IMG/VR virus record: IMGVR_UViG_3300000176_000001
Reading direction: 5' to 3' (one strand)
Origin: a virus
Length of the DNA stretch: 64,000 nucleotides
The notes beneath the pieces are model-generated. The model did not search any database, was not told the origin of the DNA, and worked only from the letters and a program-made list of their open reading frames with translations. Below, piece after piece: positions 52,089 to 61,595 of this stretch. Each line of letters begins with the position of its first letter. The first letter of the stretch is position 1. Position numbers and translations under genes: made by a program.

Positions 52089-54914
52089 TTAGAAGGTACC
52101 ACCGTCAATTGTATCAGTATACGCTGGCAAGTTATTTTTAATCATTAGAATCTGATCGTTAGCTGCTGCTATCGGAACAGATAGGGTTGTAAGAGTTGTT
52201 GTCGATTCTCCACCACCAGAGTAAGAACCGGAAGCAAATATAATATCACCGGCAAGATATGTAGACAATCCAGTACCACCGGAGTTAGCAGGTAGAGCAG
52301 AGTCAAGATGTAAAGTATTTGCAGCAATTGCTACGTTAACTGTGCTATTTGCAGTAATTGTTACGTTTGTAGCATTAGCTGCAAATCCTGCGCCACCAGC
52401 AATTCCTGTATCAAGATAAGCTAATAGAGTAGATAGATTATATCCACCAGTTTGATCCACAACATATGGTGATGTCATTCCCGGTTCTGTATTTGTTGAA
52501 TACAGGTGATACACAGCGTGTGTAGCATCTCCGAGAGTATGATCACGGAATAGACCAGAGTAGTAAGTTGTATTAGCTACATTATATTGACCATAGAAAC
52601 CAAAGTCAATTAGATCGGCTGCATTATTTGATGCTAGCTTAAGATTAACATCTGCTATAGCTACTTGTGTAGTGTCAATGGTTGTGAGAGTACCCTGAAC
52701 TGTCAAGTTACCTGTAATAGTAGCATCACCACTAACACCAAGAGATGTAGCGTTAATAGTAACAGCATTAATCACAGAGCCTGGGCCCATATAGAGGCCA
52801 AGACTATTAGCAGTTAGATTACCATTTATAGTAAACGATGAAGCATTTATAGTGCCATTAGCATAGATATTTGATATTGTAATTGCAGTAGAGTTTACAA
52901 ATGTGTTAACAGTTGAGTTACCTACACTAAATGTATTGCTTACGCTTACGTCTACGGAAGATCCATAGCTTATCTCTTTTGTACTTGGATTATAGTAGAG
53001 GAAAGAGCTAGTCGACTGATTACGAATAGGATCTACGAAGAAACCAGAAGTTGTAGAGTCAAGTTGTGTTCCGTTTGCATTCAAGATAATTGAATTATTA
53101 CTCTGGTTACTTACACCAGACATATAACCAATTGCAATTGAGTAATTACCTTGATTTTGTTGGCCAGCATAACGTCCTAGTGCAATACCACCTGGTGATT
53201 GACTAGTCTGACCAGCACGATGACCGATAGCTACTGAGTCTTGTCCTTGACCATCTTGACCAGCAGAACGCCCGATAGCTACTGCCTTAATACCCTGACT
53301 ATTAGCACCAGCATAGTAACCCACAGCTACTGCGCGTTCGCTCTGTGAGTTTGAACCTGCATAGTAACCAATGGCTACTGCTTGATAAGACTGATTTGCA
53401 GCTGCAGCAGAAGTACCTATGGCAACTCTATCACTATTTGTATTAGTTTCATCCATTCCAGTGCCGATTATGACACTTGTATTTCCATCATAGATTATAG
53501 TATTAGATGTAGTTAATTCATATTTTACGGTCTTAAGTTTACCTATTGTATAGTCAAATGTTAAGTTTGCATCAGATGATAAATCTGTTCCATTATTATA
53601 TTGTACATAGGTATTTGAACCAGAGACTGCAGACACATTTGCCCAGTATATAGCACTACCATTGCTGTGTAGAGCTTGACCATCATTACCATATGATCCA
53701 TTCGCAGCGATAGCTAGAGTATTAATAGTTCCATTTACTGTCAGAGTATTAGATGTTACATCAAAAGTTAAGCTAGGATTACCATTGGCATATCCATCTT
53801 GATTAAATGTAAGCTCTGTATTTGCTCCAGCAGCTCCAGCTGCAGGATTATCCCAATAAAGAGCAGAACCATTACTATGAAGAATATAACCATTAGAACC
53901 AGTAGATCCGTTTGCGTATATACCGGTTGTAAATGTTGCGGTTCCATTAACAGTAAATGTAGCTAGACTTGTATCAGTCGTTGCAATTGCTACATTACCA
54001 GTAGAATCGAAGCGCATGCGCTCATTAGCAGCCATGAGACCGCCAGTAAAGATAACAACATTGCTGCTAGTAGTATTTGTACCAATAGCAAGAGCAGCAT
54101 TTCCAGTATAGATATAACCGGTTGATGCGGGTGTTATTGTAGAACTTGCATTTGCATATGTAGAACTGGTAATACCCATATCGATAAAGGTATTATATGA
54201 TGTATCATCATTATATGCTACCCAGTCAGCTGAAGCTTCATCACCAGTATTTGCGTTTTGTATGGTTGCCTGGATATAATTATTCTGGTTACCTATATTT
54301 TCTTGTGTTGCCTGGAGGTCAGTGATATATCCAGTCTTTACATAAGAAGATGTATTACCTACTCTCAATGTTCCAAGAACATTGTCATAGATCATATTTG
54401 GGGCACCAGCAATCGTATTGAAGCCTGACGACTGGTCATTATACTGAATGGCTCCATTTGAGCCAGATGATGGGGCACCGTTTGCGTATACACCACCCGA
54501 GAGGATCGATGTCTGAACATAATGTGCGATCGCGTTAGCCGTTACGAGCTCATTGTTTCCTTGAAGTGTACCGAGTACTGTATTTGAGTAGTTAGAGTCA
54601 GATACCGAGTTAACCAACACATATGTTGGACTATCCATCGTGGCGCCAATAACTAAACCGGAGGTATACGTATTTGAAATAAATCCGTTACCATCTAGAA
54701 TTATAGCTGAATTAACAGTTAAGTTACCAACGGATGCTCTATCCAGGTATGAGAATTTTTGTCCACCAATCTTAAATGCTGTAGATCCTACACCAGTTTG
54801 AGCACCAATATAGAGTACATTTGCGGCATAGGAATAGGCTAACTCACCACTTGTTAGTGTATTGGCCGGTGTTGGATTCGTATTACTTCTTCTAATCTGG
54901 ATATAATTGGCCAT
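52089..54914 (-). CDS. tail fibre-like protein with AVAIG beta-roll repeats
   Basis: IQIRRS...GELAYS N-terminus, 16-aa AVAIGxxAG repeats, IDGGTF C-terminus. Confidence 0.8.
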   Translation of the reverse strand: MANYIQIRRSNTNPTPANTLTSGELAYSYAANVLYIGAQTGVGSTAFKIGGQKFSYLDRASVGNLTVNSAIILDGNGFISNTYTSGLVIGATMDSPTYVLVNSVSDSNYSNTVLGTLQGNNELVTANAIAHYVQTSILSGGVYANGAPSSGSNGAIQYNDQSSGFNTIAGAPNMIYDNVLGTLRVGNTSSYVKTGYITDLQATQENIGNQNNYIQATIQNANTGDEASADWVAYNDDTSYNTFIDMGITSSTYANASSTITPASTGYIYTGNAALAIGTNTTSSNVVIFTGGLMAANERMRFDSTGNVAIATTDTSLATFTVNGTATFTTGIYANGSTGSNGYILHSNGSALYWDNPAAGAAGANTELTFNQDGYANGNPSLTFDVTSNTLTVNGTINTLAIAANGSYGNDGQALHSNGSAIYWANVSAVSGSNTYVQYNNGTDLSSDANLTFDYTIGKLKTVKYELTTSNTIIYDGNTSVIIGTGMDETNTNSDRVAIGTSAAAANQSYQAVAIGYYAGSNSQSERAVAVGYYAGANSQGIKAVAIGRSAGQDGQGQDSVAIGHRAGQTSQSPGGIALGRYAGQQNQGNYSIAIGYMSGVSNQSNNSIILNANGTQLDSTTSGFFVDPIRNQSTSSFLYYNPSTKEISYGSSVDVSVSNTFSVGNSTVNTFVNSTAITISNIYANGTINASSFTINGNLTANSLGLYMGPGSVINAVTINATSLGVSGDATITGNLTVQGTLTTIDTTQVAIADVNLKLASNNAADLIDFGFYGQYNVANTTYYSGLFRDHTLGDATHAVYHLYSTNTEPGMTSPYVVDQTGGYNLSTLLAYLDTGIAGGAGFAANATNVTITANSTVNVAIAANTLHLDSALPANSGGTGLSTYLAGDIIFASGSYSGGGESTTTLTTLSVPIAAANDQILMIKNNLPAYTDTIDGGTF

Positions 54915-54929
54915 CTAATGTTCCTTTTT

Positions 54930-55127
54930 TTAAAAAGCCCCGCCGTCCAGTACTATGACTTTCAGGTCTATAATCTTTACCTCGTATTTATTAGTTTGCG
55001 CATTCCAAACAAGGCAGGAACCATCTGGTGGATTATTCTCTGATACATCACGTAGTTCGTGTACATATTTGTGTTTTACTTGGTTAGTAGTTGTTATTTT
55101 TGCAGTTTGTCCATCTACCTCTGCCAT
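54930..55127 (-). CDS. small virion protein ending LDGGAF
   Basis: L.DV...DG..LVWN..TNKYE module; paralog of the next ORF. Confidence 0.7.
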   Translation of the reverse strand: MAEVDGQTAKITTTNQVKHKYVHELRDVSENNPPDGSCLVWNAQTNKYEVKIIDLKVIVLDGGAF

Positions 55128-55136
55128 AGGTTTCCC

Positions 55137-55400
55137 CTAAAAAGTACCCCCATCTAAGATCTGATTTGATATCTCGATCGGTTTTATCTCATATTTATTA
55201 GTGTTTGCATTATAAACTAGTGTAGCTCCTTGAACTAAATCGGTCTCTACAACATCCATTAAATTATGAATATAATCCTGCACGACTGGAGTAGTCTTTA
55301 GGGATGTGGCCTGCTGAGCAGCCCCGGAAGCCGTTGCAGTCAAAGATGCCGTATTTGCTCTGATTGCCGGTGCAGCTGTAGCTATTCTTACCTGTACCAT
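55137..55400 (-). CDS. small virion protein ending LDGGTF
   Basis: L.DV...GATLVYN..TNKYE module. Confidence 0.7.
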   Translation of the reverse strand: MVQVRIATAAPAIRANTASLTATASGAAQQATSLKTTPVVQDYIHNLMDVVETDLVQGATLVYNANTNKYEIKPIEISNQILDGGTF

Positions 55401-55410
55401 ACTTTACTCT

Positions 55411-55758
55411 TTAAGGTGTATTTGCATAGTCAGATAAAGATGTTACCTTAGGTGTAACTGTTATGACTCCTTCGATAACGCGAGTAACTGCATTAGCATG
55501 ATCGACAAGAGCTAGATCATACACGTATCTTCCAGGATCTAATAAATCAGTTTGATCTGGTGTTAAAGATAAATTTACTGCTCCAAGAGTTAATGTGACA
55601 TTAAAATTAGTATGTGCAACAGAGCTATACCATTTTCTAATCTGGGCATATCCAGAATAAGCAGTCAAGTCCAATGGATTATTTGCCGCGTCGGACATTG
55701 CAATCGACGTACTAAACGACGTTCCTTGGTCGATAGTTATGTTGGCTTTCATTGCCAT
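55411..55758 (-). CDS. Ig-like virion / baseplate adaptor protein
   Basis: IDQGTSF, LDLT.Y...AQIRK, GRYVYD, R..EG...V.P.VT pattern common in T4-like virion modules. Confidence 0.7.
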   Translation of the reverse strand: MAMKANITIDQGTSFSTSIAMSDAANNPLDLTAYSGYAQIRKWYSSVAHTNFNVTLTLGAVNLSLTPDQTDLLDPGRYVYDLALVDHANAVTRVIEGVITVTPKVTSLSDYANTP

Positions 55759-55770
55759 GGGCTTTTATCC

Positions 55771-58761
55771 TTATTCGTGTACTATAGAAGTTTTAGTAAA
55801 TTTTACAACAGCTGCAGATTGAGCTACGTTAGCATATAGTCTTATATTACCACTATCCACATTTGCACTAAATGTAGCAAGTTGACCGGCGGCAGTATTT
55901 GTGAAGAATATACCATACTCAGTGGTATATGCAACTGTTCCATTATGAATCATTAATATCTTAGATATTTGTTGATTATTTGTTGTAGCGTCAGATACCT
56001 GTATAAGATAGTCTGCAGATCTATAAGCCGATGTAGCAACATTATCAACTAAATTATCACCAATAGCTGGGAATCCAGACACTGTATTTGAGACAGTATA
56101 TCCAATTCCATTTGTTATTACAAAATTGTTTGATACGAAATTATTTGCCAAGATATTTTTGTTAAATGTTCCAATTCCAGATACAGTCAAAGTATTACTA
56201 AATGACACCGAGTTAGTAACTGTTAATTGATTAGCAAAGTCGCCACCAAGAGCAGATATAGCAAATCTATTAGTATTATTTCCAAGTGTAAATGAGTTGC
56301 TCGTTGGTATGATGCTTCCGGCTATATTAGCAGTAAAGGATAGGTTTCCCTTAACTACTAGATCATTTTCAATTGTCATACTTCCAGCTATATTAGCATA
56401 ACTTGTTACTCCTAGTGTTCCAGTTATATTAGCAGATTGATTCATCTGCATATGTCCTGTAACAGTTAAAGTATTAGATAGTGTTACTGCATTTGTAACG
56501 CTAAGAGTATTACCGAGTACAACTGCGCCGGTGAGTGTCAGTGTATTAGAGAATGTTGCCGCTCCAGTTAATGCCAATGAATTTGCAAATGAAACTGCAT
56601 TATTAAAGGACATGCTGGTTGTGTTAATATTAAGAACAGATCCTACAGAGAATGTTGCAGTGTTTATAGTTCCAGTATGGTATATCCCTAGTGTATTTGA
56701 TACCATATTTGGCGCAATAGTATAAGAAGCAGCATTTATAGTAACATTAGTTCCATTTAATAAAGCATTTGTAGAATTAATAGAACTCACACTGATGTAT
56801 GTTGTATTATTAGCACCAAGATTTAGAGTACCGTTTGTATTATTAGGTGTAATATAACCATTTGTGCCATCACCAATTATAGCAAGATTATTAGCAAATA
56901 TCTGACCAGAATTACTCCATATAGAGCCAAGAGCTCCTACATTTCCCTCAACTCTTAGTTTATCAACTATAGCCGGTGAATTATTTCCAATACCAACCCA
57001 ACCAATAACATTCATATTATTTGATAATGATGTGTTACCTATAATATTAACCGTATTAGAGAAATTAGCTGTGTTTGTTACAGTTAATGTATTTGCTAGT
57101 GTGACTTCACCAACAACTAGAAGAGTATTTGATAAGATAGCATTTCCAGTAACTAGTATTGTATTTGCTAGTGTAGTATTTCCTGTAATAAAAAGAGTAT
57201 TTGAGAACATTACTGAATTTGTTACTGATAGAGTATTTGAGAGTGTAGCAGCACCTGTAACAGCTAAAGTATTAGACAGCAAAGTACTTCCAGTAACTAA
57301 AAGTGTATTAGATAAAGTAGCATTCCCAACGACTACTAAAGTATTAGATAGAGTAGTATTACCAGCTACCGCCAAAGTATTAGACATAATAGTAGAATTA
57401 GTTACAGAAAGAGTATTTGATAGTGATGCAGCTCCAACAACTAATAAAGTATTTGATAGTGTTGTAGCATTTGTTACACTCAAAGTATTTGATAGTGATG
57501 CAGCTCCAACTACGGCTAAAGTATTTGATAGTGATGCAGCTCCAACAACTAATAAAGTATTTGATAGTGTTGTAGCATTAGTAACAGCTAGTGTATTTGA
57601 TAGTGATGCAGCTCCAACAACTAATAAAGTATTTGATAGTGTTGTAGCATTAGTAACTGCTAGTGTATTCGATAGCACAGTTGCATCTGACACATTAAGA
57701 GTACTGTATAGCGTGGCAGCCCCAATTACTACAAGCGTATTAGATAGAGTTGTGTTTCCAGTGACAAGAAGGGTGTTAGCAAGCGTACTATTTCCAATAA
57801 CATAGAGTGTATTAGATAGAGTTGTGTTTCCAGTGACAAGAAGGGTGTTAGCAAGCGTACTATTTCCAATAACATAGAGTGTATTAGATAGTGTAGTCGA
57901 ATTAGTTACTGCAAGCGTATTAGACAGTGTTGTAGCATTAGAAACAGATAGTGTATTTTGTAATGTCACTGCGCCGACCACATGCATGACATTTGAGAAA
58001 GTAGCATTTCCCAATACGGCAATTGTATTTCCACCAGTTATAGCACCACCGATATAAACATTGCTAGATATATTTGCTGATCCTGTTACTGCAAGAGTTG
58101 CATCAGGATTTGTATTTTTAATACCAACGTTTGCTCCAGCAGTAATACGCATAACTTCACTAGAAGAGAATGTTCCATTTGTAAAGAAGTTAATATAGTT
58201 ATTACTTGCAACACCGATTGATAAGTTAGTATTACCAGTATACAGATACCCGTCAGATGGTCCATTGATCGACCATTGACTATTAGACCAATTATTGCTA
58301 TTAATTCCAAGATCTATATAATTATTTGCTTGAATTCCATAAGTGTCATAAAGTGCAAGGTCTATGGAAGCACTACTTCCAGCATTAATATTATTTAAAG
58401 CAACTTCACCATAATTATTTGCATTTGTAAATGCTGCTAATATAGTTTGATTTCCTGGTAACCAGCCTGCTACAACATTAACCGTAGAGTTTCCAATACT
58501 CGCAGTAGCATTGATAGTAACATTTGACGTTATTGTTAGAACATTATTAACTGTAAGATTACCACCAGATAAGGTATTAACAAATATGCTGTTAGATCCA
58601 AATATACCATTAACAAAAGCATTACCAGTCGTAACTGATCCTCCTAGACTAGCGTCAGTGGTGACAGTGTTTACGCTGATGATTTGGGTCATATAATTTG
58701 TGACTTGAAGCCACGCGCCAAACGTCTGGGTATTAGCTACCGGTGATACCTGAATCGCCAT
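55771..58761 (-). CDS. fibre protein with 12-aa TLSNTLxV repeats
   Basis: NTQTFGAWL N-terminus; long 12-residue repeat array; YRSADYLIQ C-terminal domain. Confidence 0.8.
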   Translation of the reverse strand: MAIQVSPVANTQTFGAWLQVTNYMTQIISVNTVTTDASLGGSVTTGNAFVNGIFGSNSIFVNTLSGGNLTVNNVLTITSNVTINATASIGNSTVNVVAGWLPGNQTILAAFTNANNYGEVALNNINAGSSASIDLALYDTYGIQANNYIDLGINSNNWSNSQWSINGPSDGYLYTGNTNLSIGVASNNYINFFTNGTFSSSEVMRITAGANVGIKNTNPDATLAVTGSANISSNVYIGGAITGGNTIAVLGNATFSNVMHVVGAVTLQNTLSVSNATTLSNTLAVTNSTTLSNTLYVIGNSTLANTLLVTGNTTLSNTLYVIGNSTLANTLLVTGNTTLSNTLVVIGAATLYSTLNVSDATVLSNTLAVTNATTLSNTLLVVGAASLSNTLAVTNATTLSNTLLVVGAASLSNTLAVVGAASLSNTLSVTNATTLSNTLLVVGAASLSNTLSVTNSTIMSNTLAVAGNTTLSNTLVVVGNATLSNTLLVTGSTLLSNTLAVTGAATLSNTLSVTNSVMFSNTLFITGNTTLANTILVTGNAILSNTLLVVGEVTLANTLTVTNTANFSNTVNIIGNTSLSNNMNVIGWVGIGNNSPAIVDKLRVEGNVGALGSIWSNSGQIFANNLAIIGDGTNGYITPNNTNGTLNLGANNTTYISVSSINSTNALLNGTNVTINAASYTIAPNMVSNTLGIYHTGTINTATFSVGSVLNINTTSMSFNNAVSFANSLALTGAATFSNTLTLTGAVVLGNTLSVTNAVTLSNTLTVTGHMQMNQSANITGTLGVTSYANIAGSMTIENDLVVKGNLSFTANIAGSIIPTSNSFTLGNNTNRFAISALGGDFANQLTVTNSVSFSNTLTVSGIGTFNKNILANNFVSNNFVITNGIGYTVSNTVSGFPAIGDNLVDNVATSAYRSADYLIQVSDATTNNQQISKILMIHNGTVAYTTEYGIFFTNTAAGQLATFSANVDSGNIRLYANVAQSAAVVKFTKTSIVHE
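57030..58010 (-). repeat. 36-bp (12-aa) tandem repeat array
   Basis: gtatt(a/t)gatag recurs every 36 bp; exact 72-bp duplication starting at 57737 and 57809. Confidence 0.9.
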
Positions 58762-58764
58762 GAA

Positions 58765-58980
58765 TTATGTTCTTCCTAGTAGTGTTGTTAACATACTCTT
58801 TATGTCTTCTATGTCACTCTTAATATGATCATGTTCCATGACTATATTATGGAGTTTCATTCTAAAATCTCTCTCTTCTTTATATTTATTAAGAGATCCA
58901 GCATCTTTATTTAATATAGCCTTGTTTCTAGGATCTCTGACCAGTTCTTTATGATCCTTTACTTTAAGATATTCAGTCAT
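58765..58980 (-). CDS. conserved small phage protein
   Basis: KVKDH.ELVRD....AILN motif with a coiled-coil tail. Confidence 0.7.
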   Translation of the reverse strand: MTEYLKVKDHKELVRDPRNKAILNKDAGSLNKYKEERDFRMKLHNIVMEHDHIKSDIEDIKSMLTTLLGRT

Positions 58981-58981
58981 T

Positions 58982-61516
58982 TTACACCTGTAAAGCTAAG
59001 CATCTCATATCTGCCATTCGTGGAACTATATATGCATATGAGGAAACCGGAGCTATCTTCAAAGCAAAAGTTTTAAATCCATCATAGACTATGTCATTAC
59101 GGGAAACATATCTAGATATACCATTATTCATTGTATATGAGAAAACGGCCGAGCGATCTTCTATTCCAGGTATAATTCCTATATCTGCATTACTTGATAT
59201 AAACGTAGGAGCATCTTCTAGAGTTAAAGCTGTGGCATTTGTCACAGAAGATATCTGCCTAACAATAAACGTATTACTTGATGTATTATAAAGATAAACA
59301 AAGTCTCCATTAGAGAATTGTGATGTAGTTGTCATAGTGATCGTATTAGAGGTAATATTGCAAGAAACTTCATTTGATAAAACAATTTGGCTAGATGGTA
59401 AACCATACTCCAGTTCTACTAGATCATTGATGTTTACGCTACTACTTAATAAAGCCGGAGAAGATAACTCAGTCATTCTACTCCATATTTGATTATTAAA
59501 TAGTATTGTATCTTGATTGTTTACTACTTTACAATATACTTTAAAATCAGTATATTGTGGTCTATATGCTGCCATATAACTCTTGAAATCTTCTGCATCT
59601 TGACCTTCTGCTAGAATAACACTCTTAGAGATATATCTAGATGCATTTGGAACAACATTACCGCTATATTTCTCATGTAGATGTGTAGAAGATATAGCAA
59701 GAGCATTAATATTATTATTAGAGGTAGCGTATATTGAATACCCACTATTAAATGGACCAGATATATTGACTATAGTCATAGCATCTCTATTATCATTTAA
59801 TATTGTACCAGTAACAATAGCTGTACCATTCGATTGAGACACACTATCGCCTCGACTAAATAAGCCAGTTGCATTAGTGTAGTCTAACCTAAATCCGCTG
59901 GTCATATATATTGGCACAGTAGAATTTCTAGTTGTTATAAGATAAGCAGATGAAGCATCTATAACTGGTGATATTTTATTATTAGATGTATTAATATCTG
60001 CAAATAGATGTGTTGTGTAAATATTAGAGTATGAAGTTATTTCAATACTTCTTGATCTAATCGATCTAGCTTTATCTTTAAACTGTGTAGCTTGATTTTT
60101 ATAAACTGCTGTAGGTACTGGATCATCATCTCCATTTATACCCTTACCTTTAAATGTTAAATCTACTGCTCCTGATTTAATATCATTATAATTTATTTGA
60201 GGAACTACAGAGTGATATATAATATTTGTAGCGCCTATGATATATGCAGATGCTTGAGAATGAAATCCAACTATATATTGAGTAGATACATTAGTAAAAT
60301 TTGAAGTTCCATTTGATGTAGGGTTAGTTATAGTAATAGTTCTAACATCAGAAAGTTGAGCATTAGTGCCATAATAATTACCATATAGATTTAGTCCATC
60401 TCCTCTTATTGGACCTATAATCGCATTAGTATCTGTAAAAGTCACATTCATGGATTTAATCGTATCATCACCAACAGGATTATGCAATTTTATATTTGTA
60501 GAGAAAGAAGTAGAGTTAATTATAGTATTAACCATTAAAACATCTGTTACAGATCTTGAATTTGTAGCTATATAAATTGATTGATTAGCGTAAAATAAAT
60601 TTGCTGTTGTATTACCAATAAATGGAACAACTACGGTCGAGTTAGAGTATGTTATAACATTTTGTGATACATATGAGACTATAGCATTAGCACCGCTTGT
60701 ATCTCCCATTGCTTGATACGAAGTAGTCCATGATCCTGTAGAATTTGTTATTAATATTTGAGACGTATTAGCAGAGTATATCACACCAGTAGCAGTATTT
60801 GCTGTGCCATTACTCTGGTATATGTTCTCCCCAATATTAAATATGCCAACATTTGATCCTATAGATAACGCAGCCAATGAGAATATTCCATTAGTGACAA
60901 AAGCTTTTTCTCCCTGTATAAAGTTTCCGATTATATTTTTAATAACCAGTGGCTCTTGATCCATGACCCTAAATGCAGCTTTACCTGAAGTGTATATAAA
61001 ATCTGCAGTGTATAGTGTAAATTTAATATCTTCACTCTGTACAGCTGTAAATTGTATATCATTTGATGATAGGAATAATGTTCCAGTATCATTATTTGTC
61101 GCGATGGGTACAAGTACACTAGCGGTTGATGTTGTCACATCATTCATTCCAATCTCTGCAGTCCAAACTGTATAGTCAGGATTACCACCTATAGGAATAA
61201 TAATTAGAGCATAAGATGTTTGAGATTGAAGAACTACCGGTGTTCTAAATGAAAATTTAGTTGGCTTGTCTGCTTTAGCTGAAGATACTATTATTGGATC
61301 CCCATTACTATATTGATCCGTCACTTGTAAAACACAACTGGCATATGGTAACATATTATTAGTTGGATTTCCATTCTCAGTAGTTCTTATCTGAAGTTCT
61401 ACACCATAAATCGCACTAACAGATTCAAAATATATATCGACCGCGGTGAGGATAACACCCTCAACGCCGCCTGACGGTTCATTTACATAGAAAGTCTGTG
61501 CAATTGGTTTAGTCAT
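58982..61516 (-). CDS. large baseplate/virion structural protein, C-terminal-half homolog (VrlC/DUF4815-type)
   Basis: PIAQTF, G.LFLSSN...Q.EDIKF.LY.A.F, F..FALKI...VPR..D.R.LAL. Confidence 0.75.
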   Translation of the reverse strand: MTKPIAQTFYVNEPSGGVEGVILTAVDIYFESVSAIYGVELQIRTTENGNPTNNMLPYASCVLQVTDQYSNGDPIIVSSAKADKPTKFSFRTPVVLQSQTSYALIIIPIGGNPDYTVWTAEIGMNDVTTSTASVLVPIATNNDTGTLFLSSNDIQFTAVQSEDIKFTLYTADFIYTSGKAAFRVMDQEPLVIKNIIGNFIQGEKAFVTNGIFSLAALSIGSNVGIFNIGENIYQSNGTANTATGVIYSANTSQILITNSTGSWTTSYQAMGDTSGANAIVSYVSQNVITYSNSTVVVPFIGNTTANLFYANQSIYIATNSRSVTDVLMVNTIINSTSFSTNIKLHNPVGDDTIKSMNVTFTDTNAIIGPIRGDGLNLYGNYYGTNAQLSDVRTITITNPTSNGTSNFTNVSTQYIVGFHSQASAYIIGATNIIYHSVVPQINYNDIKSGAVDLTFKGKGINGDDDPVPTAVYKNQATQFKDKARSIRSRSIEITSYSNIYTTHLFADINTSNNKISPVIDASSAYLITTRNSTVPIYMTSGFRLDYTNATGLFSRGDSVSQSNGTAIVTGTILNDNRDAMTIVNISGPFNSGYSIYATSNNNINALAISSTHLHEKYSGNVVPNASRYISKSVILAEGQDAEDFKSYMAAYRPQYTDFKVYCKVVNNQDTILFNNQIWSRMTELSSPALLSSSVNINDLVELEYGLPSSQIVLSNEVSCNITSNTITMTTTSQFSNGDFVYLYNTSSNTFIVRQISSVTNATALTLEDAPTFISSNADIGIIPGIEDRSAVFSYTMNNGISRYVSRNDIVYDGFKTFALKIAPVSSYAYIVPRMADMRCLALQV

Positions 61517-61595
61517 TTATCCCTCTAATCTTAATTTTAAATATTTATTCTATAAAAAACACACAATTATGTATTATCTTCTATTTTCATCGTAC

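Noticed and set aside
57032-57805. 257-aa plus-strand repetitive ORF
   Set aside because: Antisense shadow of the 36-bp coding repeat.
47400-58010. Possible CRISPR array
   Set aside because: The repeats are in-frame coding units without unique spacers; no cas genes.
33287-58761. Diversity-generating retroelement acting on fibre genes
   Set aside because: No reverse transcriptase in the window; the duplicated blocks differ at synonymous sites rather than specifically at adenines.
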